Positions 47,851 to 61,770 of a DNA stretch of 64,000 nucleotides are shown one piece after another. The notes under the pieces are model-generated. The model did no database searches and was not told where the DNA came from. It saw only the letters and a program-made list of their open reading frames with translations. A program made the position numbers and the translations under genes. The stretch comes from Escherichia coli (GTDB taxonomy: Bacteria; Pseudomonadota; Gammaproteobacteria; Enterobacterales; Enterobacteriaceae). The stretch is taken from NCBI RefSeq assembly GCF_045037415.1, contig NZ_CP173438.1, one strand, 5' to 3'. Position 1 is the stretch's first letter. Each line of letters opens with the position of its first letter.

Positions 47851-48510
47851 ATGCAGTTTGACTGGAGTGCCATCTGGCCTGCCATTCCGCTTCTGATTGA
47901 AGGTGCCAAAATGACCCTGTGGATTTCGGTCCTCGGTCTGGCTGGCGGTCTGGTGATCGGATTGTTGGCAGGTTTTGCACGCACCTTCGGTGGTTGGATA
48001 GCCAACCACGTCGCGCTGGTCTTTATTGAAGTGATCCGCGGCACACCTATCGTCGTCCAGGTGATGTTTATCTATTTCGCCCTGCCGATGGCGTTTAACG
48101 ATTTACGCATCGACCCGTTTACTGCGGCGGTGGTCACCATCATGATCAACTCCGGCGCGTACATTGCGGAAATCACGCGTGGTGCGGTGCTGTCTATTCA
48201 CAAAGGTTTTCGTGAAGCAGGACTGGCGCTCGGTCTTTCACGTTGGGAAACCATTCGCTACGTCATTTTACCGCTGGCACTGCGTCGTATGCTGCCGCCG
48301 CTGGGTAACCAGTGGATCATCAGCATTAAAGACACTTCGCTGTTTATTGTTATCGGCGTGGCGGAACTGACCCGTCAGGGGCAAGAAATTATTGCCGGTA
48401 ACTTCCGCGCCCTTGAGATCTGGAGCGCCGTGGCGGTGTTCTATCTGATTATTACCCTGGTGCTGAGCTTTATTCTGCGTCGTCTGGAAAGAAGGATGAA
48501 AATCCTGTGA
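47851..48510 (+). CDS. glnP: Glutamine ABC transporter permease GlnP
   Basis: ORF track 219 aa; polar amino-acid ABC permease. Confidence 0.95.
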
Positions 48511-49229
48511 TTGAATTTAAAAACGTCTCCAAGCATTTTGGTCCAACCCAGGTGCTGCACAATATCGATTTGAACATTGCTCAGGGCGAAGTCGTGGTGA
48601 TTATCGGGCCGTCCGGTTCCGGTAAATCGACCCTGCTGCGCTGCATCAACAAACTGGAAGAAATCACCTCCGGCGATCTGATTGTCGATGGCCTGAAGGT
48701 TAACGATCCGAAAGTTGATGAGCGCCTGATTCGCCAGGAAGCGGGTATGGTGTTCCAGCAGTTTTACCTCTTCCCGCATCTGACGGCGCTGGAAAACGTC
48801 ATGTTTGGCCCGCTACGCGTGCGTGGCGCGAATAAAGAAGAGGCGGAAAAACTGGCGCGTGAGCTGCTGGCGAAAGTCGGTCTGGCAGAGCGTGCACATC
48901 ACTACCCTTCCGAACTTTCTGGTGGTCAACAGCAGCGTGTGGCGATTGCCCGCGCGCTGGCGGTGAAGCCGAAAATGATGCTGTTTGATGAACCGACTTC
49001 CGCTCTTGACCCGGAACTGCGCCATGAAGTGCTGAAGGTTATGCAGGATCTGGCTGAAGAAGGGATGACGATGGTGATCGTGACCCACGAAATCGGTTTT
49101 GCCGAGAAAGTAGCTTCGCGCCTGATCTTTATCGACAAAGGCCGGATTGCAGAAGATGGCGATCCGCAGGTGTTGATCAAGAACCCGCCGAGCCAGCGCT
49201 TGCAGGAATTTTTGCAGCACGTCTCTTAA
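48507..49229 (+). CDS. glnQ: Glutamine ABC transporter ATP-binding protein GlnQ
   Basis: ORF track 240 aa; Walker [10 protein letters not shown], signature LSGGQQQRV; start overlaps glnP stop. Confidence 0.96.
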
Positions 49230-49345
49230 CTTCTCTGCCTCCCTTTCCCCCGAAAGGGAGGCACACCAGATTCCTCTCATTTAAAATTGCCTCTCCCCCA
49301 GCATCTATACTTATCTTTTTGCTCTGTTTTCTCACTGGAGGAGTC

Positions 49346-51571
49346 ATGCGGTGGATCCTGTTCATCCTCTTCTGCCTGCTGGGCGCACCTGCCCACGCGG
49401 TATCCATACCCGGCGTTACAACCACAACGACAACGGACTCAACGACTGAACCGGCCCCGGAACCGGATATCGAACAAAAAAAAGCGGCCTATGGCGCACT
49501 GGCGGATGTGCTGGATAATGACACCTCGCGTAAAGAGTTGATCGACCAGTTGCGCACCGTCGCCGCGACGCCCCCTGCGGAACCGGTACCGAAGATCGTG
49601 CCGCCGACGCTGGTTGAAGAGCAAACCGTGCTGCAAAAGGTCACCGAAGTCAGCCGCCATTATGGTGAAGCCCTTTCCGCCCGCTTCGGGCAACTTTATC
49701 GCAATATCACCGGCTCCCCGCATAAGCCGTTTAATCCACAAACCTTCAGCAATGCGCTGACCCACTTTTCAATGTTAGCGGTATTAGTGTTTGGTTTTTA
49801 CTGGCTGATTCGTCTGTGCGCACTGCCGCTGTATTGCAAAATGGGCCAGTGGGCGCGGCAAAAAAATCGTGAGCGCAGTAACTGGTTGCAGCTTCCGGCG
49901 ATGATCATCGGGGCGTTTATTATCGACCTGCTGTTACTGGCACTGACATTATTTGTCGGCCAGGTATTAAGCGACAACCTGAATGCGGGCAGTCGCACCA
50001 TCGCTTTCCAACAAAGTTTGTTTCTCAACGCCTTTGCCCTGATTGAATTTTTCAAAACCGTACTACGCCTGATTTTTTGCCCAAACGTAGCTGAACTGCG
50101 CCCGTTCACGATTCATGACGAGACCGCCCGTTACTGGAGTCGTCGCCTGAGCTGGTTAAGCAGCCTGATTGGCTATGGTCTGATTGTGGCTGTGCCGATT
50201 ATCTCTAATCAGGTGAATGTACAGATAGGTGCGCTGGCGAACGTCATCATTATGCTGTGCATGACCGTCTGGGCGTTGTACCTGATTTTTCGTAATAAAA
50301 AAGAGATCACCCAGCATTTGCTCAACTTTGCGGAGCATTCGCTGGCCTTTTTCAGCCTGTTTATCCGCGCCTTTGCACTGGTGTGGCACTGGCTGGCAAG
50401 CGCCTATTTTATCGTGCTGTTTTTCTTTTCGTTGTTCGATCCGGGCAACAGCCTGAAATTTATGATGGGTGCAACGGTGCGCAGCCTGGCGATTATTGGT
50501 ATCGCAGCATTTGTTTCCGGTATGTTTTCCCGCTGGCTGGCGAAAACCATCACCCTCTCGCCACATACTCAGCGAAATTATCCGGAGCTGCAAAAACGGC
50601 TGAATGGATGGCTTTCGGCGGCACTGAAAACAGCGCGTATTCTGACAGTCTGCGTGGCGGTAATGCTGCTGTTGAGCGCATGGGGATTGTTCGATTTCTG
50701 GAACTGGCTGCAAAACGGTGCGGGGCAGAAAACCGTAGATATCCTGATCCGTATCGCACTCATTCTTTTCTTCTCGGCGGTTGGCTGGACGGTGCTCGCC
50801 AGTTTGATAGAAAACCGGCTGGCTTCGGATATTCATGGCCGCCCGCTACCCAGCGCCCGTACGCGTACCCTGCTAACGCTGTTCCGTAACGCGCTGGCGG
50901 TGATTATCAGTACCATCACCATCATGATTGTGTTGTCGGAAATCGGCGTCAATATCGCGCCATTGCTGGCAGGTGCCGGTGCATTGGGACTGGCTATCTC
51001 TTTTGGTTCGCAAACGCTGGTGAAAGATATTATCACCGGGGTATTTATTCAGTTTGAAAACGGCATGAACACTGGAGATTTGGTGACTATCGGGCCGTTG
51101 ACCGGCACTGTGGAACGGATGTCAATTCGCTCCGTGGGCGTGCGCCAGGATACCGGGGCGTATCACATCATTCCGTGGTCTTCGATAACCACCTTTGCTA
51201 ACTTCGTCCGCGGTATTGGTTCGGTAGTGGCAAACTACGATGTTGATCGCCATGAAGATGCTGATAAAGCCAATCAGGCACTGAAAGATGCGGTAGCAGA
51301 ATTGATGGAAAACGAAGAAATTCGCGGGCTGGTTATTGGTGAACCGAATTTTGCCGGGATTGTCGGCTTAAGCAATACCGCGTTTACACTGCGTGTTTCG
51401 TTCACCACGCTGCCACTCAAACAGTGGACGGTACGCTTTGCCCTCGACAGCCAGGTGAAAAAACATTTCGACCTGGCGGGTGTTCGCGCGCCGGTGCAGA
51501 CTTATCAGGTGCTGCCAGCTCCGGGCGCGGCCCCGGCTGAACCGTTGCCGCCGGGGGAGCCAACGCTTTAA
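49346..51571 (+). CDS. ybiO: MscS-family mechanosensitive channel YbiO
   Basis: ORF track 49319..51571; ATG at 49346 gives 741 aa [18 protein letters not shown]...; poly-Thr linker, multiple TM helices, C-terminal MscS domain. Confidence 0.92.
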
Positions 51572-52494
51572 CGCTGGCGATTGACAAAACGGCGGCGCTG
51601 CTCGTCGTTCATAAAGGTCCAGGCTATAAAGCGGCTCTGCTTTTGCCCCTGGGCCATCTCTTTTTTTACCACCTTCACCGCACCTACGTCCGTCAAAGCA
51701 CGATACAACGGCGGTAAGTTTTCACCACGAGATACCAGCGAGGTAAACCACATCACCTGCTTCGCGAAGCCTTTGCTCTCTTCAATCATCTTTTTGATAA
51801 AAGCGACCTCACCGCCTTCACACCACAACTCCTGTTGCTGACCACCAAAGTTCAGTGCATCGTCTTTGTTCAGCCCCAGGTTACGGCGTTTACGTTCACT
51901 ACCTGCCCGTGCCGCAGCGGCGGAATCGTGGAATGGCGGGTTACACAAGGTCGCATCGTATTGCTCGTTTTTATGGATGATGCCGTTAAAAATCGCCCCA
52001 CTCTCTTTTTGCCGACGCAGACGAATGGCGCGGTTAAGCCCCGGATTAGCACTGATGATCGCCTGCGCACTGCTTAACGCCTGGCTGCTGGTTTCACTAC
52101 CGGTAAAACGCCAGCCATATTCATGTACGCCAATCAGCGGATAAATACAGTTCGCACCAACGCCGATATCCAGAATGCTGGCATTAGCTGGAATTGTTCC
52201 GCTTGCTTCGGCCAGTAAATCGGCAAGGTGATGAATATAATCCGCCCGGCCCGGTACTGGTGGGCAGAGAAAACCGTCCGGGATATCCCAGTTCGCTACG
52301 GCGTAAAAATGGGCCAGCAACGCCTTATTGAGCGCCTTCACCGCCAGCGGATTGGCAAAGTCTACGCTTTGCTCCCCGGCGGGTGTAAGCGTGAGGAATT
52401 GCCTGAGTTCAGGATTGACCTGACAAAGCGTGGCGAGATCGTAGCGGCTGTGATGACGGTTGCGCGGATGCAACCCCGGTTTCTGGGCGGACAT
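51568..52494 (-). CDS. rlmF: 23S rRNA m6A1618 methyltransferase RlmF (YbiN)
   Basis: ORF track 51568..52584(-); internal ATG gives 308 aa [20 protein letters not shown]...; SAM motif [11 protein letters not shown] and NPPF. Confidence 0.92.
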
Positions 52495-52769
52495 AGCATT
52501 CTCCTTTAAGCAGCGGCGTAAGATACCCGCATAACGCGACAGGGTAAATATCTGGCTGCGTTTATCATTTCTAAAAACCTTCACATGGCTATGGTTTATG
52601 GCAATTCACCATAAAAAACATCATCATGCATGTCATTGATTTGTCTTATTTTGTAAAAACACATCGTTCAAAAAATAAGCGCATCTCTGTCAATTTTTTG
52701 CGTCATTTTCATCGCGCAGGCGACCTACACTTATCTGGCACTACCCGTTGTATTTATGAGGATGTCATT

Positions 52770-53030
52770 ATGAAAAAGTGCCTCACACTACTGATTGCCA
52801 CCGTCCTGAGCGGAATCTCTCTCACGGCTTATGCCGCGCAACCGATGAGTAACCTGGACAGTGGTCAACTACGGCCCGCCGGTACCGTTTCGGCAACTGG
52901 CGCATCAAACCTAAGCGATCTGGAGGATAAACTGGCAGAAAAAGCGCGCGAACAAGGCGCGAAAGGTTATGTCATTAATTCCGCAGGCGGAAATGACCAG
53001 ATGTTCGGTACTGCAATCATCTACAAATAA
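52770..53030 (+). CDS. mcbA: Small periplasmic protein McbA (YbiM), DUF1471 family
   Basis: ORF track 52626..53030; internal ATG gives 86 aa MKKCLTLLIATVLSGISLTAYA...; C-terminal half about 60 percent identical to YbiJ in this window. Confidence 0.88.
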   Translation: MKKCLTLLIATVLSGISLTAYAAQPMSNLDSGQLRPAGTVSATGASNLSDLEDKLAEKAREQGAKGYVINSAGGNDQMFGTAIIYK

Positions 53031-53165
53031 CCCCACCAACGTAACTGCATTCGCCTCTGGATGCAGTTTTCGTCCAATTTGTAAGCAAAAAACATCAAAT
53101 ATGAACGCAATGTAAATAAATGTATTTCTTTTTCGCGCAATGGGTGATAGAAAATCGCGCCAAGT

Positions 53166-53190
53166 GATAATGCTTATCAATATTATTATC
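53166..53190. promoter_or_regulatory. Fur box upstream of fiu
   Basis: GATAATGCTTATCAATATTATTATC, resembling the GATAATGATAATCATTATC consensus, about 105 bp upstream of the fiu ATG. Confidence 0.6.
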
Positions 53191-53294
53191 ACTTGCACGT
53201 ACGCTATCACGGGATTAACAGTGGCATCGCATCCGCAGAGATGCTTTCTCGTGACAGTGAAAATTTCACCATATAAGAAAAAGTCACCTGCAAA

Positions 53295-55577
53295 ATGGAA
53301 AACAATCGCAATTTCCCTGCCAGACAATTTCATTCGCTCACGTTCTTTGCCGGTCTTTGTATTGGTATTACGCCTGTGGCACAGGCACTCGCTGCCGAAG
53401 GGCAAGCTAACGCGGATGACACGCTGGTTGTCGAAGCATCAACGCCTTCGCTTTATGCGCCACAAAAATCTGCCGATCCGAAATTCTCGCGTCCGGTAGC
53501 GGATACTACCCGCACGATGACAGTGATTTCTGAACAAGTGATTAAAGATCAGGGTGCAACCAACCTTACCGACGCGCTCAAAAACGTCCCCGGCGTGGGT
53601 GCGTTTTTTGCGGGTGAGAACGGTAACTCCACCACTGGCGACGCCATTTATATGCGCGGTGCCGATACCTCTAACAGTATTTATATCGATGGCATTCGCG
53701 ATATCGGCAGCGTCTCGCGCGACACCTTCAATACCGAGCAGGTCGAAGTAATTAAAGGGCCGTCCGGCACCGACTACGGGCGCAGCGCACCGACAGGCTC
53801 GATCAATATGATCAGCAAACAGCCGCGCAATGATTCCGGCATTGACGCCTCCGCCAGTATTGGCAGCGCCTGGTTCCGCCGCGGCACGCTGGACGTCAAT
53901 CAGGTCATTGGTGATACCACTGCGGTGCGCCTGAATGTAATGGGCGAAAAAACGCACGATGCCGGACGCGACAAAGTCAAAAATGAGCGTTACGGCGTCG
54001 CCCCTTCTGTCGCTTTTGGCCTTGGTACAGCGAATCGTTTGTATCTTAATTATCTGCATGTCACCCAGCACAACACGCCAGACGGCGGCATTCCGACCAT
54101 CGGTTTACCGGGTTTTTCTGCCCCATCTGCGGGAACAGCGGCCCTGAATCATTCCGGAAAAGTTGATACGCATAACTTTTACGGCACGGATTCCGATTAC
54201 GACGATTCGACCACCGACACCGCTACCATGCGTTTTGAGCACGACATCAACGATAACACCACCATTCGCAACACTACGCGTTGGTCGCGCGTAAAGCAGG
54301 ATTACCTGATGACGGCGATTATGGGTGGAGCGTCGAATATTACCCAGCCCACCAGCGATGTGAATAGCTGGACGTGGTCACGCACGGCGAATACCAAAGA
54401 TGTGAGTAACAAAATTCTCACCAACCAGACCAACCTGACCTCGACGTTCTATACCGGCGCTATCGGTCATGATGTCAGTACCGGCGTGGAATTTACCCGC
54501 GAAACACAGACTAACTATGGCGTTAATCCGGTGACGTTACCGACGGTAAATATTTATCATCCTGACAGCAGCATTCATCCCGGCGGCCTGACGCGCAACG
54601 GCGCAAACGCCAATGGTCAGACGGATACCTTCGCAATTTATGCCTTCGATACGCTGCAAATCACCCGTGATTTTGAGCTGAACGGTGGGATCCGTCTGGA
54701 TAATTATCATACTGAATATGACAGTGCCACCGCCTGCGGCGGCAGCGGGCGCGGTGCCATCACCTGCCCTGCTGGCGTGGCAAAAGGTTCTCCGGTAACC
54801 ACCGTCGACACCGCCAAGTCGGGCAATCTGGTGAACTGGAAAGCCGGGGCGCTGTATCACCTGACGGAAAACGGCAATGTTTATATTAACTATGCCGTTT
54901 CCCAGCAGCCGCCGGGCGGCAACAACTTCGCCCTTGCGCAGTCTGGCAGCGGTAACAGTGCCAACCGCACCGATTTTAAACCGCAAAAAGCCAACACCAG
55001 CGAGATTGGCACCAAATGGCAGGTTCTGGATAAACGCCTGCTACTTACCGCCGCGCTGTTCCGTACTGATATTGAAAATGAAGTTGAGCAAAATGATGAT
55101 GGGACTTATTCGCAATATGGTAAGAAACGTGTCGAAGGCTATGAGATATCCGTGGCCGGGAATATCACCCCCGCGTGGCAGATGATTGGCGGCTATACCC
55201 AGCAAAAAGCAACTATCAAAAACGGCAAAGATGTTGCCCAGGATGGTTCCTCATCGCTGCCGTATACCCCGGAACACGCCTTCACCTTATGGAGCCAGTA
55301 TCAGGCAACCGATGATATTTCTGTTGGTGCGGGCGCACGGTATATCGGCAGTATGCATAAAGGTTCAGACGGCGCGGTGGGAACGCCAGCATTTACCGAA
55401 GGTTATTGGGTCGCCGACGCCAAACTGGGGTATCGGGTTAATCGCAATCTCGACTTCCAGCTAAACGTCTACAACCTGTTTGATACCGATTACGTCGCCT
55501 CAATCAATAAGAGCGGCTACCGTTATCACCCGGGCGAGCCAAGAACCTTCTTGCTCACAGCCAATATGCATTTCTGA
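53295..55577 (+). CDS. fiu: TonB-dependent catecholate siderophore receptor Fiu
   Basis: ORF track 760 aa; signal peptide, TonB-box region, C-terminal barrel ending ...LTANMHF. Confidence 0.96.
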   Translation: MENNRNFPARQFHSLTFFAGLCIGITPVAQALAAEGQANADDTLVVEASTPSLYAPQKSADPKFSRPVADTTRTMTVISEQVIKDQGATNLTDALKNVPGVGAFFAGENGNSTTGDAIYMRGADTSNSIYIDGIRDIGSVSRDTFNTEQVEVIKGPSGTDYGRSAPTGSINMISKQPRNDSGIDASASIGSAWFRRGTLDVNQVIGDTTAVRLNVMGEKTHDAGRDKVKNERYGVAPSVAFGLGTANRLYLNYLHVTQHNTPDGGIPTIGLPGFSAPSAGTAALNHSGKVDTHNFYGTDSDYDDSTTDTATMRFEHDINDNTTIRNTTRWSRVKQDYLMTAIMGGASNITQPTSDVNSWTWSRTANTKDVSNKILTNQTNLTSTFYTGAIGHDVSTGVEFTRETQTNYGVNPVTLPTVNIYHPDSSIHPGGLTRNGANANGQTDTFAIYAFDTLQITRDFELNGGIRLDNYHTEYDSATACGGSGRGAITCPAGVAKGSPVTTVDTAKSGNLVNWKAGALYHLTENGNVYINYAVSQQPPGGNNFALAQSGSGNSANRTDFKPQKANTSEIGTKWQVLDKRLLLTAALFRTDIENEVEQNDDGTYSQYGKKRVEGYEISVAGNITPAWQMIGGYTQQKATIKNGKDVAQDGSSSLPYTPEHAFTLWSQYQATDDISVGAGARYIGSMHKGSDGAVGTPAFTEGYWVADAKLGYRVNRNLDFQLNVYNLFDTDYVASINKSGYRYHPGEPRTFLLTANMHF

Positions 55578-55618
55578 TTCAGATGTGGGGCGCAGGCCCC
55601 ACTTTTTGGAGAACTTGT

Positions 55619-56296
55619 ATGATGTACCACATTCCCGGCGTGTTATCGCCACAGGACGTCGCCCGTTTTCGCGAACACCTGGAACAAGCCGAATGGGTGG
55701 ATGGACGCGTCACCACCGGCGCACAAGGTGCGCAAGTTAAGAACAATCAACAAGTAGACACCCGCAGCGCCCTGTACGCCGCCCTGCAAAATGAGGTGCT
55801 GAACGCGGTTAACCAACATGCTTTGTTCTTTGCCGCGGCCTTGCCGCGTACCCTTTCCACGCCGCTGTTTAATCGCTATCAGAACAATGAAACCTATGGT
55901 TTTCATGTGGATGGCGCAGTACGCAGCCATCCACAAAACGGCTGGATGCGCACTGACCTTTCTGCCACGCTGTTTTTAAGCGATCCAGAAAGCTACGACG
56001 GCGGCGAACTGGTCGTTAATGACACCTTCGGGCAACATCGGGTAAAACTCCCGGCAGGCGATCTGGTGTTGTATCCCTCCAGCAGCCTGCATTGCGTGAC
56101 ACCCGTAACCCGCGGCGTGCGAGTGGCATCATTTATGTGGATCCAGTCGATGATCCGCGATGATAAAAAGCGCGCCATGCTGTTTGAACTGGACAACAAT
56201 ATTCAGTCGCTGAAAAGCCACTACGGCGAAAGTGAAGAGATCCTGTCGCTGCTCAATCTTTATCATAATCTGCTGCGGGAATGGTCGGAGATCTGA
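55619..56296 (+). CDS. ybiX: Fe(II)/2-oxoglutarate-dependent PKHD-type hydroxylase YbiX
   Basis: ORF track 55583..56296; ATG at 55619 gives 225 aa [17 protein letters not shown]...; HxD...H iron-binding motif (FHVDGAV). Confidence 0.9.
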   Translation: MMYHIPGVLSPQDVARFREHLEQAEWVDGRVTTGAQGAQVKNNQQVDTRSALYAALQNEVLNAVNQHALFFAAALPRTLSTPLFNRYQNNETYGFHVDGAVRSHPQNGWMRTDLSATLFLSDPESYDGGELVVNDTFGQHRVKLPAGDLVLYPSSSLHCVTPVTRGVRVASFMWIQSMIRDDKKRAMLFELDNNIQSLKSHYGESEEILSLLNLYHNLLREWSEI

Positions 56297-56369
56297 CGCT
56301 TGAACTGCCCGAGTTCGTCCCTATATTAGCTACACTTAACTGTACAAGCATTGATATGGGGAGGACGAT

Positions 56370-56636
56370 ATGGCATCCGGTTGGGCTAATGATGACGCCG
56401 TCAACGAACAGATCAACAGTACAATTGAAGATGCGATTGCCCGCGCTCGGGGTGAAATTCCGCGTGGCGAAAGCCTGTATGAATGTGAAGAGTGCGGTGC
56501 CCCTATCCCGCAGGCCCGTCGGGAAGCCATTCCTGGCGTGCGCTTATGCATTCATTGTCAGCAGGAGAAAGATTTACAAAAACCAGCTTATACAGGATAT
56601 AATCGCAGAGGTTCGAAAGACAGCCAGTTACGTTAA
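56370..56636 (+). CDS. ybiI: DksA/TraR-type C4 zinc-finger protein YbiI
   Basis: ORF track 88 aa; CEECGAPIP...LCIHCQ four-cysteine finger. Confidence 0.9.
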   Translation: MASGWANDDAVNEQINSTIEDAIARARGEIPRGESLYECEECGAPIPQARREAIPGVRLCIHCQQEKDLQKPAYTGYNRRGSKDSQLR

Positions 56637-56900
56637 CTACAACTGGCGGGATGTATAGCGAATATAATTTGTATTTTGCGTGGCATTCCGTGCCTTTAAC
56701 GCTACCGTGACTGCCACGCGGTATAAAACAAGTCCATAAGTACAACAAATAAATGGTTTATCAGTATGTTAGATATCAATCAATTTATTTGAACAAGGTG
56801 GTCAATTCTCTTCGATTTTATCTCTCGTAAAAAAACGTGATACTCATCACATCGACGAAACAACGTCACTTATACAAAAATCACCTGCGAGAGATTAATT

Positions 56901-57161
56901 ATGAAAACTATCAATACTGTTGTTGCTGCTATGGCTCTTTCAACTCTGTCATTTGGCGTGTTCGCGGCGGAACCGGTAACGGCATCCCAGGCACAGAACA
57001 TGAATAAAATCGGCGTGGTTTCTGCCGATGGCGCATCCACCCTCGATGCCCTGGAAGCGAAACTGGCTGAGAAAGCCGCGGCGGCCGGTGCCAGTGGATA
57101 CAGCATCACTTCTGCCACCAACAACAATAAATTAAGCGGTACTGCGGTAATTTATAAGTAA
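56901..57161 (+). CDS. ybiJ: Small periplasmic protein YbiJ, DUF1471 family
   Basis: ORF track 86 aa MKTINTVVAAMALSTLSFGVFAAEP...; paralogue of McbA. Confidence 0.9.
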   Translation: MKTINTVVAAMALSTLSFGVFAAEPVTASQAQNMNKIGVVSADGASTLDALEAKLAEKAAAAGASGYSITSATNNNKLSGTAVIYK

Positions 57162-57271
57162 TTCGTAAGCTGGATCAGGCGTTTACGCTACGTTCAGCAC
57201 AAGTATTTCCCTGTCTGTTTGCCGACAGACGCATATGCTCTAACCCTCATGATCCTATGTTACCCTTGTTT

Positions 57272-57298
57272 GCCCGTCCGCCACTGGACGGGCTTTTT

Positions 57299-57300
<2 letters not shown>
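57272..57300. terminator. Terminator between ybiJ and ybiC
   Basis: GCCCGTCCGCCACTGGACGGGC followed by TTTTTTT. Confidence 0.65.
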
Positions 57301-58384
<1,084 letters not shown>

Positions 58385-58416
58385 GGTTAACTCCTGTTTA
58401 TGTTATGTGTTTGTTG

Positions 58417-59486
<1,070 letters not shown>

Positions 59487-59513
59487 TTACGACTCCTTAC
59501 CTGACTCACATCA

Positions 59514-61664
59514 TTAACGCCGCCGACGGCGTGGGGATTTCGTTTTTTCTTTCTTTTTAACTATACCTTCAGGGACTTCCGGTTGCTCTATCGGAAATAC
59601 CGGTAATGCATCCAGTAGTCGCTTGCCATAATTTTTTGTCAGCAAGCGTTTGTCGTAGATAACCACTTCCCCCCAGCAACCGTGGCTTCGAATCAGTCGC
59701 CCAACCTGCTGAATCAGGTTAAACGAAGCGCTCGGCAGGCTTTGCACCTCAAACGGATAGCGGTTAAGGCTTTTCAGCCATTCACCTTCGGTGATCACCA
59801 CCGGACTGTCGATGGGCGGAAAAGCGATTTTGTGGATATGCACCTGGCTGAGCAGAGCGCCTTTCAGATCAAGACCTTCGGCAAAGGACTGTAAGCCCAC
59901 CAGCACGCTACGCTCACCGTTGGCAACGCGTTTGCGGTGCAGTTCAACTAAGCGATAACGTGGCTGATCGCCCTGCACCAGCAACATCAGGCGTAAATCC
60001 GTCACATAGTCGAGAAAGCGCTGCATCGCACGCCCGCTGGCAAACAGCACCAACATACCGAGATGTTTTTTGCTCTCCACCTGCTCACGGAAAAAGGCCG
60101 CCATTTCAGCAATGTGCTGTTCTTCGTTGTCGATGGAAGGCTCAACGCGCATCCGGGGAATAACAATTTTGCCCTGTTCGCAGTGGTTAAAGGGCGAATC
60201 CAGCGCCACAAAGCGGTCACCCGCTTTCTCTTTCAGCCCACTCATCTCCTGCAAACGCGAAAAACTGTTCAGCGAACGCAAGGTTGCGGAGGTAACAATA
60301 ATGTGCGGAATACTGCGCCACAGCAGCCTTTCCAGTTGGTCGCTAACACGAATACCCACACAGTGAAACCACAGATGTAGCTGCCCTTCGCGCTCTTCCC
60401 GCGTCGCCCATTTGGTCACCGGCGCACCGGAAGATTGCGCCAGAGACGCCAGCCGCCAGAGTTTGCTTTGCGCCTCGAACATCCCCAACGCGCGGTTCAT
60501 CTGCAAAATCAACCGATGCAGGCGTACAATGTCATGGCTGCCGGTTTTCTCACTTAAATCGTTAAGAAATAACTCCGCCAGACCACGCAGCATCTCGGTG
60601 AGTTTTGCCAGCCGCTGGCAGATCTCCAGCACTTCATCAGGCAGTTCGCCCATCGCAAAACGGTGCTCTGCCTCCTGCCCGGCAGGCATGTAGAGATTGA
60701 GAATGTTGTTTAACGAGGCGATAAGCTCATACAGCTCTTCACAATGCGCATTCAAACGTTCAGGGATCGCCAGCGGTGGGATGGTCTTCGGGCGAAACTG
60801 CTCCATGCAGGTGGCGACCAGTTTGGTGAACAGGTCCAGTTGGAGCCGGTACCAGGGCGCAGTGATTTCGGCGCTCATCTCCAGCGCATCCCGCGCCACA
60901 TCCGGCAGGTGATGACCTTCGTCCAGCACCAGCAGTAAATTTTTCGGGTCAGGCAATACCGCTTCGCTTTCCATTGCCGCCATCACCAGCGCATGGTTTG
61001 CCACCACCACTTCCGCTTCCTGAATTTCCCGACGAGCGACAAAAAACGGGCATTCGCGATAGTAGTAACAGTTGCGGTTGAGGCAGCTGGCTTTGTCGGT
61101 ACTCAAACGACGCCAGAGATCATCATCTATAGCGATATCAGTATGATCGCGCAGGCCATCCCATTTATAAGTGTCGAGATCGCCCTTCAGCTTCGCACAA
61201 CGTTTTTGCTCTTCCTGATTGTTCGGCGTCAGTTCGTCGTCAAGAAACGCCAGCAGATCCTGTTGCGTGGGCTCAGTGCTGGCGAGCGCTGTCAGATTAC
61301 GCGGGCAAACGTAGCGCCCACGCCCAAAAGCGGCAGTGAATTTAAGATCGGGAATGATCTTTTTCAGCAGCGGTAAATCTTTGCTGTAGATCTGATCCTG
61401 CAATGCCACGTTGGCGGTACTTACCACCAGCGTTTTTTGCTCTTCGCGGGCAATGGCGATGCCGGGGATCAAATAGGAGAGCGTTTTCCCAACGCCGGTA
61501 GGAGCTTCAATCGCCAGATGCCGCCCTTCTTCTCCGGCCAGCGTTTTGGCGACGTCCGCAATCATCTGCCGCTGCGGCGCACGGGGAATAAAGTCGGGGA
61601 TCTGTTCCTGAAGCGCCTTATACCAGGCGGCAATTTGCGCTTTAAGCGCGGCGGTTAATGCCAT
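59514..61664 (-). CDS. dinG: ATP-dependent DNA helicase DinG
   Basis: ORF track 716 aa; Walker A APTGVGKT, DEAH box (LDEGHH), Fe-S cysteines, basic C-terminal tail. Confidence 0.97.
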   Translation of the reverse strand: MALTAALKAQIAAWYKALQEQIPDFIPRAPQRQMIADVAKTLAGEEGRHLAIEAPTGVGKTLSYLIPGIAIAREEQKTLVVSTANVALQDQIYSKDLPLLKKIIPDLKFTAAFGRGRYVCPRNLTALASTEPTQQDLLAFLDDELTPNNQEEQKRCAKLKGDLDTYKWDGLRDHTDIAIDDDLWRRLSTDKASCLNRNCYYYRECPFFVARREIQEAEVVVANHALVMAAMESEAVLPDPKNLLLVLDEGHHLPDVARDALEMSAEITAPWYRLQLDLFTKLVATCMEQFRPKTIPPLAIPERLNAHCEELYELIASLNNILNLYMPAGQEAEHRFAMGELPDEVLEICQRLAKLTEMLRGLAELFLNDLSEKTGSHDIVRLHRLILQMNRALGMFEAQSKLWRLASLAQSSGAPVTKWATREEREGQLHLWFHCVGIRVSDQLERLLWRSIPHIIVTSATLRSLNSFSRLQEMSGLKEKAGDRFVALDSPFNHCEQGKIVIPRMRVEPSIDNEEQHIAEMAAFFREQVESKKHLGMLVLFASGRAMQRFLDYVTDLRLMLLVQGDQPRYRLVELHRKRVANGERSVLVGLQSFAEGLDLKGALLSQVHIHKIAFPPIDSPVVITEGEWLKSLNRYPFEVQSLPSASFNLIQQVGRLIRSHGCWGEVVIYDKRLLTKNYGKRLLDALPVFPIEQPEVPEGIVKKKEKTKSPRRRRR

Positions 61665-61678
61665 GAGAAAACCTGAAA

Positions 61679-61698
61679 TACTGTATAAACAGCCAATA
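61679..61698. promoter_or_regulatory. LexA box (SOS operator) of dinG
   Basis: Plus strand TACTGTATAAACAGCCAATA; reverse complement TATTGGCTGTTTATACAGTA is the asymmetric dinG operator as I recall it; 15-34 bp upstream of the dinG ATG. Confidence 0.8.
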
Positions 61699-61770
61699 TT
61701 GTGGCATTTTTCGGTTTTCAGGGGTAATGGTTTTTCTGTTTCTGGAAAGCGGCTCGCAATAACCAGCAGG

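Noticed and set aside
53439-54071. 210-aa minus-strand ORF inside fiu (and similar antisense ORFs such as 38210-38857 inside ybiT, 57614-58042 and 57766-58218 inside ybiC, 62036-62422 and 63059-63541 inside rhlE)
   Set aside because: Fully nested antisense to well-supported genes, with Arg/Ala-rich low-complexity translations and no RBS; typical GC-rich frame artefacts.
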